A stretch of DNA of 64,000 nt from positions 67,582-131,581 of the forward strand of contig CAWIFZ010000015.1 in the NCBI GenBank assembly GCA_963835415.1, read 5' to 3'. A model generated the notes under the pieces. The model ran no database searches and had not been told where the DNA came from. It was given only the letters and a program-made list of their open reading frames with translations. This DNA comes from an uncultured Actinomycetes bacterium (lineage in GTDB: Bacteria > Actinomycetota > UBA4738 > HRBIN12). Below, piece after piece: positions 39,269-49,282 of the stretch. A program made the translations under genes and the position numbers. How positions within the stretch are numbered: position 1 is the first letter of the stretch; the number at the start of each line of letters is the position of its first letter.

Positions 39269-40626
39269 GCGGTGGTTCCTCCTTCCGCCGGCACGGAGGC
39301 CGGCACGGGTTCATCGATGATCGGTTCGACCGTGAGCTTGAGCCCGGTCAGGCCGGTGACGCGGATCTTGGTGTCGCCGCGCAACGGGCCGGCGGTCGAG
39401 ACGGCATGCCACTCCTCGGAGCCGACCCGCACCACACCCTCGGGGCCCAGCCCGGGGCCGAGGATCACCCCTTCCTTGCCGATGAGTGCGTCGGCTCCGT
39501 GCGGCATCGGCGGCATGTGGCGGATCGCGAGCAGCTTCGAGACCGCCACGCCGAAGAAGAGCGCGACGAGACCTCCGACCGTGACCAGGACCCACGGCGA
39601 GACATGGACGCCTCCGGATCCGTCGTAGAGGAAGAGTCCACCCCCGACCAGGCAGATGAGCCCCGCGATCGACCAGATGCCCAAGCCCGGCGCTTTCACC
39701 TCCAGGATGAAGAACACGACGGAGGCGATCAGCAGGACCACCCCGATCAAGCGGACCGGCAGGAATCCGAACGAGACGAGTGAGGTCAGCAACAGGATCG
39801 TCCCGATGGTGCCCGCGAAGATGTGCCCGGGCACGATCAGCTCGATGATGATGAGCAGCAGCCCGACCCAGAAGAAGATGAACGCGAGGTTCGGGTCGAA
39901 CAGGTCGTGCAGGAACCCTGCGCCGGGGGACATCGAACGCTCGATCACGTCGAGGTCCGTGAGGTCGGGGATCGTGGTGGTCGAACCGTCGCCGAGCGTC
40001 ACGGTCGTGCCGCTCACCGCGGCGAGCAGGGCATCGATGTTCGGCTCGATCAGGTCGATCACGTTCTCGTCGAGCGCCTCGCTCGCGGTGATGCTCGTCG
40101 CATCGAGCACGAACGACTCGGCGACCTCCTCGTTCCGACCGTACGTGTGTGCCAAGTGCCTCATCGTGGCCGCCGCATCCTCCGTCACCTTGCGTTCCAG
40201 CGTGAGACCGGAGATGCCCACCGGTGTCGCCGCGCCCACGTTCGTCCCGGGGGCCATCGCCGCGACCGGGCACGACATCAAGATGAACGCTCCGGCCGAC
40301 GCCGCACGGGCGCCCTCCGGCGAGACGTAGCAGATCACCGGCACCTTCGAGGTCAGGATCGCCTCGGTGATCTCGCGCATCGACGAGTCGAGCCCGCCGG
40401 GCGTGTCGATGGTCAACAGCACGGCAGGTGCGCCGTCGTCGTTCGCATCCTGGATGGCACCGCGGATGTAGTCGGCCACGAACGGATCGACGACGCCGGT
40501 CAGCTCCAGCTGCATGACGGGGTCGGAAGCCTGGCCCTGCGCCTGTGCCGATCCGACGGCGATCAGACCGAAGCAGAGGCAGCCGGTCACGATCACCAGG
40601 CGGGCGATCCGTGACCGCGTGCTCAT
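39265..40626 (-). CDS. NfeD family membrane-bound ClpP-class serine protease
   Basis: Signal peptide, ClpP-like domain (TIDTPGGLDSS, ARAASAGAFI), TM block and a C-terminal OB-fold NfeD domain. ATGA overlap with the stomatin start. Confidence 0.85.
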   Translation of the reverse strand: MSTRSRIARLVIVTGCLCFGLIAVGSAQAQGQASDPVMQLELTGVVDPFVADYIRGAIQDANDDGAPAVLLTIDTPGGLDSSMREITEAILTSKVPVICYVSPEGARAASAGAFILMSCPVAAMAPGTNVGAATPVGISGLTLERKVTEDAAATMRHLAHTYGRNEEVAESFVLDATSITASEALDENVIDLIEPNIDALLAAVSGTTVTLGDGSTTTIPDLTDLDVIERSMSPGAGFLHDLFDPNLAFIFFWVGLLLIIIELIVPGHIFAGTIGTILLLTSLVSFGFLPVRLIGVVLLIASVVFFILEVKAPGLGIWSIAGLICLVGGGLFLYDGSGGVHVSPWVLVTVGGLVALFFGVAVSKLLAIRHMPPMPHGADALIGKEGVILGPGLGPEGVVRVGSEEWHAVSTAGPLRGDTKIRVTGLTGLKLTVEPIIDEPVPASVPAEGGTTA

Positions 40627-40768
40627 CCTCAGAGCCTACGCCTCGCCGATCCAGTCGTGCAGCTTTGGTAACGACGCGTGCGGCTACCCTGATGGAGGCC
40701 GATAATCCAGTGGTCGGCACCGCCAAGCCGCGCGGAACCCGCCCCGCGTATACCGAAGGGAAGACCGA

Positions 40769-41341
40769 GTGCAGGCTCGGAACGACGGACCGCTCCTCCC
40801 GCGAGAGGAACAACAACTGGTGGAAGGCTTGCTCGCAGGTGACGACGTCGCCGTCCGCGCCATCTACGCGCGGTTCGGACGACCGGTATACACGCTTGGC
40901 TTGCGGCTGCTCGGAACCCGCGAGGCGGCCGAGGAGCTGACCCAGGACGTGTTCCTGACGGCGTGGCGCAAGGCGGCGCGGTTCGACGCCACCCGCGGGC
41001 GGCTGTCTACCTGGCTGATGACGATCGCGCACAACCTGGCCGTCGACCGGCTCCGCCGTGAGACCGGCGTGACGCGGCCGACGCTCGTGCTCGTGGACGA
41101 GGTGCCGGAGCGGGCCGGCGTCGACGAGGGTGCCGTGATCCTGGAGCGTGACGCCGCCGTCCGCGCGCTGGAGTCGCTCTCGGACGCCGAACGGCGGCTG
41201 CTCGCTCGCGCGTACTTCCGCGGCCTGACGGCGCGGGAGATCGCGGAGGCCGACGGCATCCCGCTCGGGACCGTGAAGACCCGTCTGCGCGCCGCCCTGA
41301 TCAAGGTGCGCCGCGCGAACGAAGGGAAGGAGCCGTCGTGA
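40769..41341 (+). CDS. ECF-type RNA polymerase sigma-70 factor
   Basis: Region 2 (AEELTQDVFLTAW, LSTWLMTIAHN) and region 4 (LTAREIAEADGIPLGTVKTRLRAA). Confidence 0.9.
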   Translation: MQARNDGPLLPREEQQLVEGLLAGDDVAVRAIYARFGRPVYTLGLRLLGTREAAEELTQDVFLTAWRKAARFDATRGRLSTWLMTIAHNLAVDRLRRETGVTRPTLVLVDEVPERAGVDEGAVILERDAAVRALESLSDAERRLLARAYFRGLTAREIAEADGIPLGTVKTRLRAALIKVRRANEGKEPS

Positions 41342-42138
41342 ACTGCACCGCCGTTCGCGACCGGTTGACCGAACGCGCGCTCGGCGCCGTGCCGGCCGAC
41401 GACGCGCAAGCGCTCGACCGCCACCTGGCGTGGTGCGCCGCGTGTCGCAAAGAGGCCGGGGAGCTGGACCGGGCTGTCACGACGTTCGCGTTCGCGCTGG
41501 CTCCTGCAGACCCGCCGGCCGACCTCGAGGACCGCGTCGTGGCCAACGTGCAGGAGGTCGCCGCCAAGCGTCTGCCTCAGGGAGCGCGCCGGGGCAAGCT
41601 CGCGGTCGCGCTCGCCGTCGCCGGGATGCTCGCGGTGTCCGGTCTCGGCTGGGGGGCCGTGATGGCCGGGAAAGCCGCGCGCTCCGAAGACCTGGCGCAC
41701 CAGGCGCAGAAGCAGCAACAAGACGGTTTGGAACGCATCAGCACCCTCATCAAGAGCTCGGAGTTCGACGACCCTTCCAACGAGGTCTTCCTGGGAACCC
41801 TCGCGGCCGACGCTCCCGGTGCGACGGCGGCGGGATCCGCGCTCACGCTGGCGTCGCCCAGCACGCCGGACATCGCGATCGTGATGATCAACGGGTTCGA
41901 CGCGGTGGCATCGAAGGATGCGCTCCCGTTCCGGGTCTTCCTCGTGGCCGGGCCCGGGCAACGTCTTCGCCTCGGCAAGATCAAGGCGCTCGACTCCGGT
42001 GGCGGCGCGATCCTCTCGAGGCAGTTCGAGCTCGACCTGGCGCGGTACACGGGTGTCGAGGTGCTGGACAAGGACGACCACGTCGTCCTTCAAGGCACCG
42101 TGTCGCTCCGCCCGTCCATCACCACGCCGTCTCCCTGA
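41338..42138 (+). CDS. Zinc-binding (HxxxCxxC) anti-sigma factor with one TM helix
   Basis: GTGA overlap with the sigma stop. HLAWCAACRKE ZAS motif. TM helix LAVALAVAGMLAVSGLGWGAVMA. Confidence 0.8.
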   Translation: MNCTAVRDRLTERALGAVPADDAQALDRHLAWCAACRKEAGELDRAVTTFAFALAPADPPADLEDRVVANVQEVAAKRLPQGARRGKLAVALAVAGMLAVSGLGWGAVMAGKAARSEDLAHQAQKQQQDGLERISTLIKSSEFDDPSNEVFLGTLAADAPGATAAGSALTLASPSTPDIAIVMINGFDAVASKDALPFRVFLVAGPGQRLRLGKIKALDSGGGAILSRQFELDLARYTGVEVLDKDDHVVLQGTVSLRPSITTPSP

Positions 42139-42169
42139 CGGCGACCGCCCTCGTCGTATCCTCGCTCCC

Positions 42170-43174
42170 ATGCGTTTCGGGCTGGCGTTGCCGCAGTACG
42201 GGTTCTCGCTCCCGGGCGGCGAGGTCGGGCTCGACACGACGGCCGGTTGGGCTCGCCGGGCGGAGGAACTCGGGTTCGACTCCGTGTGGGTCTCCGACCA
42301 CTTCTTCTACACGTTCTCGCGCTACGGCGGCGACCCCACGCCCATCCCTGCGGTCGAGCCGATGACGGCGCTGGCGGCCCTGGCGACCATGACGTCACGC
42401 GTGCGCCTGGGGACGCTGGTGCTCTGCGCGCCGTTCCGCCACCCGGCGCTCCTCGCGAAGATGGCGATGACGATCGACCGGCTCTCCGGCGGGCGACTCG
42501 ACCTGGGGCTCGGTGCCGGGTGGCTGCGGGAGGAATTCGATGCGTTCGGGTTCCCGTTCGGTTCGATCGGGGATCGGTTCACGGCGCTTGAAGATGCGCT
42601 CGCCGCGCTCGCCGCGCTGCAGTCGGGGGACGGCGCCGACTACGAGGGCCCGACCGTCACCTTGCGCGACGCGACGATGCTGCCCGGTCCGGTGAACGGG
42701 CACATCCCGGTCTGGGTCGGTGGAAAGGGTGGGCCGCGGTTGCTGCGGCTGATCGCGGCACACGCTGACGGTTGGAACGTGGTGTGGCGCGTGGACCCGC
42801 AGGACTATGCCGGCCGCGTGAAGGCCGCCCGCGAGGCGTTCGAGGCGGCGGGGCGCGATCCTTCCGCCCTCCGTCTCTCGGTGGGGCTCTACTCGATCCT
42901 CGCCGAGGACGAAGCCGCCGCGGAGGCGGCGTTCGAGCGTGGCCGCGCGCGGTTCCCGGGGGGCGCGATGGACGCCGACACGTGGCAGGGGTGGCGTGCC
43001 GACACGTTGTCGGGAACCCCGGAGCAGGCGATCGAACGCATCCGTCGGCTGGAGGATCTGGGCGTCGAGGAGATCGTGCTCTCTCCCTCCGTGCTGCCGT
43101 TCGCCGTGGACGATCCGGAGATGGTCGATCTGCTGGCCGAACGCGTCATCGCACCGCTGCGCTCGGCTTCCTGA
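42170..43174 (+). CDS. Luciferase-like monooxygenase family, F420-dependent oxidoreductase type
   Basis: MRFGLALPQ..., SVWVSDHF and GRLDLGLGAGW are typical LLM motifs. Confidence 0.8.
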   Translation: MRFGLALPQYGFSLPGGEVGLDTTAGWARRAEELGFDSVWVSDHFFYTFSRYGGDPTPIPAVEPMTALAALATMTSRVRLGTLVLCAPFRHPALLAKMAMTIDRLSGGRLDLGLGAGWLREEFDAFGFPFGSIGDRFTALEDALAALAALQSGDGADYEGPTVTLRDATMLPGPVNGHIPVWVGGKGGPRLLRLIAAHADGWNVVWRVDPQDYAGRVKAAREAFEAAGRDPSALRLSVGLYSILAEDEAAAEAAFERGRARFPGGAMDADTWQGWRADTLSGTPEQAIERIRRLEDLGVEEIVLSPSVLPFAVDDPEMVDLLAERVIAPLRSAS

Positions 43175-43409
43175 TGGAACCGCTCGACGCCGCGATCACG
43201 ATCCTGCGAGACGCGGACGAGCCGCTCCATTGGACGGTGATCCAGGATCGCGCGCTCCGGCGGGCTTGATCGATCCGTTCGTGGTCAGCGACGTGCGGAC
43301 GCAACTCTTGACGGCGTTGCGCGACGGCGTCCGCTCGGGGGTGCTGGAGCGGAAAGGGACGGGCGTGTACGTGCTGCCCGCGGGGCCGGCAGCGACCACC
43401 GACGCTTAG
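43174..43409 (+). pseudogene. HARE-HTH-like small winged-helix protein, frameshifted (-1 in a G run)
   Basis: MEPLDAAITILRDADEPLHWTVIQDRALRR is in the first frame and GLIDPFVVSDVRTQLLTALRDGVRSGVLERKGTGVYVL in the next. One G appears to be missing at 43262-43264. Confidence 0.6.
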
Positions 43410-43677
43410 GCGGCGGCTTCTTCCGGGGGCGGCCGCGACGCTTCGGAGCCGTCGTCTTGCGAGCCGCGGTCTTCTTCGCCGCGGGCTTCGACGCCGCCGG
43501 TCGGGCAGCGACGGTCTTCGGACGCCCGCGCCGGGGCCTGCGCGCGCCGGAGACCAATTCGGTCACATGTGCCGCGCAGAGGTCCTTCACGAAGTTGCCG
43601 CGCGCGGCCTTGATCGTCACCGTTTCCACGGCGGGCTTCCCGCACGCGTCACAGACCAAGATCGTTTTTTCCGCCAT
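43285..43677 (-). CDS. Small basic DNA-binding protein candidate: CxxC...CxxH N-domain + two RGRP AT-hooks (Lsr2-like logic); 3' end uncertain
   Basis: Strong RBS GAAGGAG. MAEKTILVCDACGKPAVETVTIKAARGNFVKDLCAAH, then RRGRPK and RRGRPRKK. The tail beyond ~43425 is antisense to the HARE gene with weak G/C3. An alternative end at TAA 43406 requires a -1 shift in the C5 run. Confidence 0.55.
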   Translation of the reverse strand: MAEKTILVCDACGKPAVETVTIKAARGNFVKDLCAAHVTELVSGARRPRRGRPKTVAARPAASKPAAKKTAARKTTAPKRRGRPRKKPPPKRRWSLPAPRAARTRPSLSAPAPPSGRRRATPSRVASARR

Positions 43678-43759
43678 CCCCTACTCCTTCTGTCGGGTCC
43701 TTCGCCGCAGGATATCCGACGCAACGATTTCGCGGGCTATCGCGAGCCGTCGGAGGTGG

Positions 43760-44758
43760 CTAGCGACGGTAGGGGATCGCGGAGAATCGCTCGAGTTTCG
43801 CGAACTGATGCTGCGCCTCGACGTATCGGACCGTTCCCGACTGCGACCGCATCACCATCGAATATGTGGTCGCTCCGTCGGGCCAGTACTTCACGCCGCG
43901 CAACAACGACCCGTCGGTGACGCCGGTCGCCGCGAAGAACACCTCACGCCCCGAGACGAGGTCGTCGGTCCTCAACACCTGGTCCAGGTCGAAACCTTGA
44001 TCGAGCAGCGTGCCACGCTCGTCGTCGCTCCGGGGCCAGAGCCGTCCCTGGATCGCACCGCCCAGGCACTTGAGCGCCGCCGCGGCGATGACGCCTTCCG
44101 GCGTGCCACCGATCCCCAGGAGCAGATCGACACCCGATCGCGGGGTGGCCGCCGCGATGGCGCCCGCCACGTCACCGTCCGTGATCAAGAACACGCGCGC
44201 GCCCACCTCGCGGACCTCGGTGATCAAGCCCGCGTGGCGTTCGCGATCGAGGATCGTCACGGTGATCTCCTCGGGACGGACGCCCTTCGCCTTCGCGACG
44301 CGCCGGACGTTCTCGGCGGCCGACGCCGTGATGTCGATGGCGTCGGCCGCCTCGGGTCCCGCCGCGACCTTCTCCATGTAGACGGCGGCGCCGGGGAAGA
44401 ACATCGAGCCACGCTCGGCGAGCGCGATCACGGCGAGCGCGTTGGGCTGTCCGAGGGCGGTGAGTCGCGTCCCGTCGACGGGATCCACCGCGACATCCAC
44501 GCCGGGCCCCGTGCCGTCGCCCACCTCCTCGCCGTTGTACAGCATGGGCGCCTCGTCCTTCTCGCCCTCGCCGATCACGACGGTGCCGTGCATCGACACG
44601 GTGTCGATCATCAGCCGCATCGCGTCGACCGCCGCGCCGTCCGCGGCGATCTTGTCGCCGTGACCGATCCAGCGGCCGGCGGCGAGCGCGGCGGCCTCGG
44701 TGACCCGCACCAGCTCCAGAGCGAGGTTGCGGTCGGGTCGCGGCGTCTCAGTCGTCAC
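43760..44758 (-). CDS. glpX: Class II fructose-1,6-bisphosphatase
   Basis: [18 protein letters not shown] and GGTPEG are GlpX motifs; intact. Confidence 0.9.
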   Translation of the reverse strand: MTTETPRPDRNLALELVRVTEAAALAAGRWIGHGDKIAADGAAVDAMRLMIDTVSMHGTVVIGEGEKDEAPMLYNGEEVGDGTGPGVDVAVDPVDGTRLTALGQPNALAVIALAERGSMFFPGAAVYMEKVAAGPEAADAIDITASAAENVRRVAKAKGVRPEEITVTILDRERHAGLITEVREVGARVFLITDGDVAGAIAAATPRSGVDLLLGIGGTPEGVIAAAALKCLGGAIQGRLWPRSDDERGTLLDQGFDLDQVLRTDDLVSGREVFFAATGVTDGSLLRGVKYWPDGATTYSMVMRSQSGTVRYVEAQHQFAKLERFSAIPYRR

Positions 44759-44795
44759 GGGGCCTCCGTCGTGCTCGAGCGTTCGAACCGGGACG

Positions 44796-45798
44796 TCATG
44801 GTACGCCGCCGGGGCGATGGATCAGCCCTCGCTCCGCGTACCAGGCGAGGGTCCGAGCGACGGTCTCCTCGATCGGCCGATACGTCAGTCCCAGCTCCCT
44901 CGTGGCCTTGGAGCCGTCGTACCGGTGCCCGTGCAGCAGCGTCCGTGCGAGCTCGGCGCAGAACGGGAGGTCCCGGCGCGTCAGCCGGGCCGCCCAGCCG
45001 GCCGCAGCTCCCGCAGCGGGCGCCACCGCGCGAGGCACGCGGACGACATGACGGGGTCGCCCCACGGCCGCCTGCACGAGCGCGATCGCCCGGGTCGTGG
45101 TCAGGCTCGCGCCGCTCAAGAGGTACCGCTCGCCGGCGCGGCCGCGTGTCTCGGCGGCGAGATGTCCCTTCGTGCAGTCGTCGACGTCGACGATCGACAG
45201 GAACGTCTCGACGACCACGGGGAGCCGCGCGTTCACGAGCCCGATGAGCAACCGGGCGGAGCCCTCGGTCCGGCCGGGGCCTTGGACGGACGACGGGTTC
45301 ACACAGACGACGTCCACACCCAGCTCGGTGCCGAGCTCGAGCACGCGTCGCTCGGCCAGGAACTTCGATCGTTCGTACGCCGAGAGGAACGTGCCTCGGT
45401 GCGGGGCGTCCTCGGTGCCGACGACGCCGCGTGGCTCGCCGATCGTCGCGGCGGATGACGTGAACACCACGCGCGCGACGCCCGCCCGGGACGCGGCCCG
45501 GACCACGGAGGCGGACCCGTCGACGTTCGTGCGGAACATCGCGTTCGGGTCGCGCAGGCACATCGCGTTGACGCCCGCCACGTGGAACACCGTGTCGCAT
45601 CCGTGCATGCCCCCCACCAGCACGCCTTCGTCGAACAGGTCACCCGGGACGGGTACACCTCCGTCGGCCTGGACCGAGGCCGCCGCGTCGGTGGACCGTG
45701 CGAGCGCGCGGACCTCCCGGCCATCCTTGACCAGTCCGCGCAGGAGCGCGCCGCCGACGAAGCCGCTCGCCGCCGGTGACGAACGCCGGTCCGCTCAC
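44796..45798 (-). pseudogene. NAD-dependent epimerase/dehydratase (extended SDR), frameshifted near the N-terminus
   Basis: GTG 45798 VSGPAFVTGG is in the first frame. SGFVGGALLRGLVKDGREVRAL... and YERSK (YxxxK) are in the next. Junction near 45768, inside the Rossmann GxxGxxG motif. Confidence 0.8.
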
Positions 45799-45804
45799 CC
45801 GCGG

Positions 45805-46392
45805 CTATCGCTCACGCCGACCGATCAGCACGCCGCCGAACCGAGCGAAGTACTCGACCGCCGATCCCACGGTCACCAGCGCCGCCGCGATCATGGCGTA
45901 CTCGTCGGGATAGAGCGGCCCCCACGGCGATGACGTGCGGATGATGGCCAAGAAGATCGCGAGGAACTGCACGTTCGCCTTGAGCTTGCCCCATATCGAC
46001 GGCTTCACGACCGTGCCGTCCGTGGCGCTCACCGCGCCTCGCAGTCCCATGATCAACACTTCGCGTCCGATGATGATGAACGCGATCCAGGCGGAGGCGC
46101 GTCCGACGGACACCAGCGCGACCAGCACGCCGGAGACGAGCAGCTTGTCGGCGGTCGTGTCCAGGAACGTGCCGAGGATCGTGGTCTGCTTCCATCGCCG
46201 GGCCAGACGACCGTCGAAGAAATCGGTGGCCGCCGCGATCGCGAAGAGCACGGCGGCGGTGACGTACGCGTACTGCACGCGATCGCCCACGAGCACCAGC
46301 GCCATCACGACGGGCGTGAGCGCGACGCGGAGGTACGTGATGCCTTTCAGGAATGCAGCGGCTCGCTCGTCCGGAGTCTTCACCACGCTCAC
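45805..46392 (-). CDS. pgsA: CDP-alcohol phosphatidyltransferase (PgsA-like)
   Basis: DFFDGRLARRWKQTTILGTFLDTTADK matches D-x2-DG-x2-AR...G-x3-D-x3-D. Confidence 0.85.
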   Translation of the reverse strand: MSVVKTPDERAAAFLKGITYLRVALTPVVMALVLVGDRVQYAYVTAAVLFAIAAATDFFDGRLARRWKQTTILGTFLDTTADKLLVSGVLVALVSVGRASAWIAFIIIGREVLIMGLRGAVSATDGTVVKPSIWGKLKANVQFLAIFLAIIRTSSPWGPLYPDEYAMIAAALVTVGSAVEYFARFGGVLIGRRER

Positions 46393-46411
46393 GGCATCGT
46401 AACAGCGGCTT

Positions 46412-48888
46412 TCAGCCGTTCCGGGCGCTCCGCAAGAGCTCGCGCACCTCGCCGGCGCTCGCGCATGCCAGCGCGTCGTCGGCGAGCGCGCGAGCGACCG
46501 TGAGGTCCACGGTGCGCACGGCTCGCTTCACGAGCGCGATCGACGGGGCTCCCATCGAGAGCTCACGGACGCCGAGACCGAGCAAGAGCGGCGTGGCGTC
46601 GGCGTCGCCGGCGAGCTCACCACAGACGCCGACCCATCGTCCACGAGCGTCGGCCGCCTCCACGGTCATGCGGATCGAGCGCAGGACCGCCGGGTGGACG
46701 GCGTCGGCGAGCGCGCCGACGCGCACGTTCCCGCGATCCGCGGCCAACGTGTACTGCGTGAGGTCGTTCGTGCCGATCGAGAAGAAGTCCGCATCGTCGG
46801 CGAGTCGATCCGCGAGCAACGCGGCCGATGGGATCTCGACCATGACGCCCACCTCGAGCGTCGGTGGGCGTTCTCCGGCGCCGCGCAGGAGGTCCATCGC
46901 CTCCCGGAGCTCGTCCACGGTGGCGACCATCGGGAACATCACGCGGAGCGGGTGGTCGGCTGCGACCCGCAGGATCGATCGCAGCTGTGCCTGCAGGAGC
47001 TCGGGTCGCTGCAAGCCGAGCCGGATGCCGCGCACCCCGAGGAACGGATTCGCTTCGCTCGGCTGGTCGAGGTAGGGGATGGGCTTATCGGCGCCGGCGT
47101 CGAGCGTGCGGATCACCAACGGACGTCCGCCCAACGCCTCGGCCGTCTCGCGATACGCGGCCTCCTGCTCCCGCTCGTCCGGCATCGCCGACCGCCCCAT
47201 GAACAGGAACTCCGTGCGGAACAGTCCGACGCCGTCGGCGCCTGCCGCGACCGCGCGCGCCGCGTCGACCGGCGAACCGATGTTCGCCGCCACCTCGATC
47301 GTCACACCGTCGATCGTGCGAGCGGGCTCGAGGGCCGAGCGCCTGCGCCTCCCGGACGACGGCGTCGCGCGCATCGCGCGCCGCGGTGAGCTCCGACACG
47401 ACGGACGGATCCGGATCCACGTGGACCACGCCGGTCGACCCGTCCAGCGCGATGGGCGTCCCCTCGGGGACGGTGAGCACGCTGCCGCCGGCCCCGACGA
47501 CCGCGGGGATCCCCGACGAGCGCGCGAGCACCGCCGCGTGCGACGTCGGTCCGCCCGCGGCGGTGACGATGCCGAGCGCCATCGACGGGTCCAGACCCAC
47601 GGTGTCGGCGGGCGTCAGATCCCGCGCGATCACGACGCCCGGCGCCTCGAGCTCTGGTCCCGGGAGTGCGATGCGCAGGAGCCGTGCGAGTACCTGCCGT
47701 CCCACGCTCCGGAGATCGGCCGCTCTCGCCCGCAGGTACTCGTCATCGAGCGCGTCCCACTGCTCGGCCGTCCGTTCGATCACGTCGTGCCAGGCCTGGG
47801 CCGCCGACCGGTTCCCGTTCCGCGATCGCTTCTCGGGTCGGCCCGAGGAGCGCGTCGTCCCTCAGGAACAACAGGTGGGCGTCGAAGATCTCGGCCTCGT
47901 CCGCGCTCGCCATCCCGGCGACGTGCTCGCGCTGACGGACGATCTCATCGCGGACGTCCGTGAGCGCGGCGTCGAACGCGGCGTGCTCCGCATCGACGCC
48001 CGATCCCGGCCCCTCCGGGATCGGCAGGTCGGGCGTCCGGAACCGTCTGGCGGGCCCGATCGCGATCCCGGGCGAGGCGGGGTGACCGCGTACCACCCCC
48101 GTGACGTCCGGGGAGGCGAGCGACGCCTGGGCGGCCCGCGCCGCGTTCGGCTCCGGTCGGTCGTCGAAGTCGCGCTCGGCCAAGGCGTGGATCGCGGCCA
48201 GTGCCTGGGATGCTTGCGGGCCGCTGGCTGCGACCTCGACCTCGTGCCCCTGCGTCGCCCCGAGCATCGCCACACCGTTCAGGCTTGCCGCATCCGCGGG
48301 GCCTCTCCCGTTGGTCAGATCGCGGATCGTGATGCGGGCATCGAACGACGACGCCGTCTGCACGAAGCGTGCGGCCGGTCGGGCATGCAGTCCGTGCAAC
48401 GCGCGCACCGTCAGCCGGATCGTCTCCTCGCCGCCCGTCGGTTGCTCGCCGGACGCTGTGACCTCGGGTGCGTCTCCCGTATCTCCCAGGTGTGCGATCT
48501 TCCCGGCCAGTCCGCCGCGCGCCTCGTGCGCGACGCGATCGAGCGACGCTCCCATCTTCGCCGTGACGGCGGCTGCCACCGCGCCCTCCACGATCGGTGC
48601 CTCGCAGAGCAGCACGTTCGCCCGCCGCTCCTCCGGCATCAGGTCGATCGCCATCTCGGCCGAGAGCACCGCGCTGCCCAGGTCCATCAAGACGAGGACC
48701 CCGTCGTCGGACCACGCTCTGTCGATCGCTCCCATCACCAGGACGGCGTCGGTGCCGATCGGATGATCCGGCATGTCCAGGCCGCCCGCCGTCTCGAGCT
48801 TGACGTCGGGGCCACCCATCTCGCGGGCGAGCTGTGCGACGCCCTCCGCGATCAGATGGCTGTGCGAGACGATGACGATCCCGACCAT
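46412..48888 (-). pseudogene. dhaM: Multidomain PTS protein DhaM-like: EIIA(Man)-HPr-complete Enzyme I fusion, two frameshifts
   Basis: IVIVSHSHLIAEG (EIIA-Man-like) and LHGLHARPAARFV (HPr-like) lie in frame 1. GGPTSHAAVLARSSGIPAVVG (EI His domain) lies in frame 2. LFRTEFLFM, IRTLDAGADK, NPFLGVRGIR, FFSIGTNDLTQYTLAADR and CGELAGD (EI PEP barrel) lie in frame 3. Junctions near 47817 and 47339. Confidence 0.85.
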
Positions 48889-48901
48889 GGTCCGGTTCCG
48901 A

Positions 48902-49282
48902 TCAGGCTCTCGACGCCAGGACGCCGATGAGTGCCAGGCCGTAGGCGATCGTCACGGCGCCCAGGATCACGACACCTCGCGACACCAGCCGCTTCATGCG
49001 CTCCGAGAGCCCGAAGTCGAGGAGGACGGAGCGCAGACCCGCCATCGCGTGGATCGTGACCACGATCAGGAACGTGCACTCGATGACGAGGATGACCGGG
49101 TTGGCGATGTAGTCGAGGACCTGCGCATACGTCCGGAGCCCGCCGATCTCATCGACCACGAAATGGTGCGCCACCATGTGCACGGTGACGAGCACCAACA
49201 GCGCGACCCCGGAGTACGTGGTGACCTTCCACCGCCGCGAGCGGTGGTCATCGACGGGTTCGGTCGGGGCGCGTACCGCCAT
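48902..49282 (-). CDS. SdhD-like hydrophobic membrane anchor subunit
   Basis: 126 aa, 3 TM helices, His-containing VTVHMVAHHF and VVTIHAMAGLR. Its start shares one base with the upstream stop (TGATG). Confidence 0.65.
   Translation of the reverse strand: MAVRAPTEPVDDHRSRRWKVTTYSGVALLVLVTVHMVAHHFVVDEIGGLRTYAQVLDYIANPVILVIECTFLIVVTIHAMAGLRSVLLDFGLSERMKRLVSRGVVILGAVTIAYGLALIGVLASRA

Noticed and set aside
40700-40768. ECF-type promoter (GGAAC ... CGTATA) upstream of the second sigma gene.
   Set aside because: The spacing between the two elements is too short, and the -10-like element lies only ~16 nt from the start codon. Not convincing.
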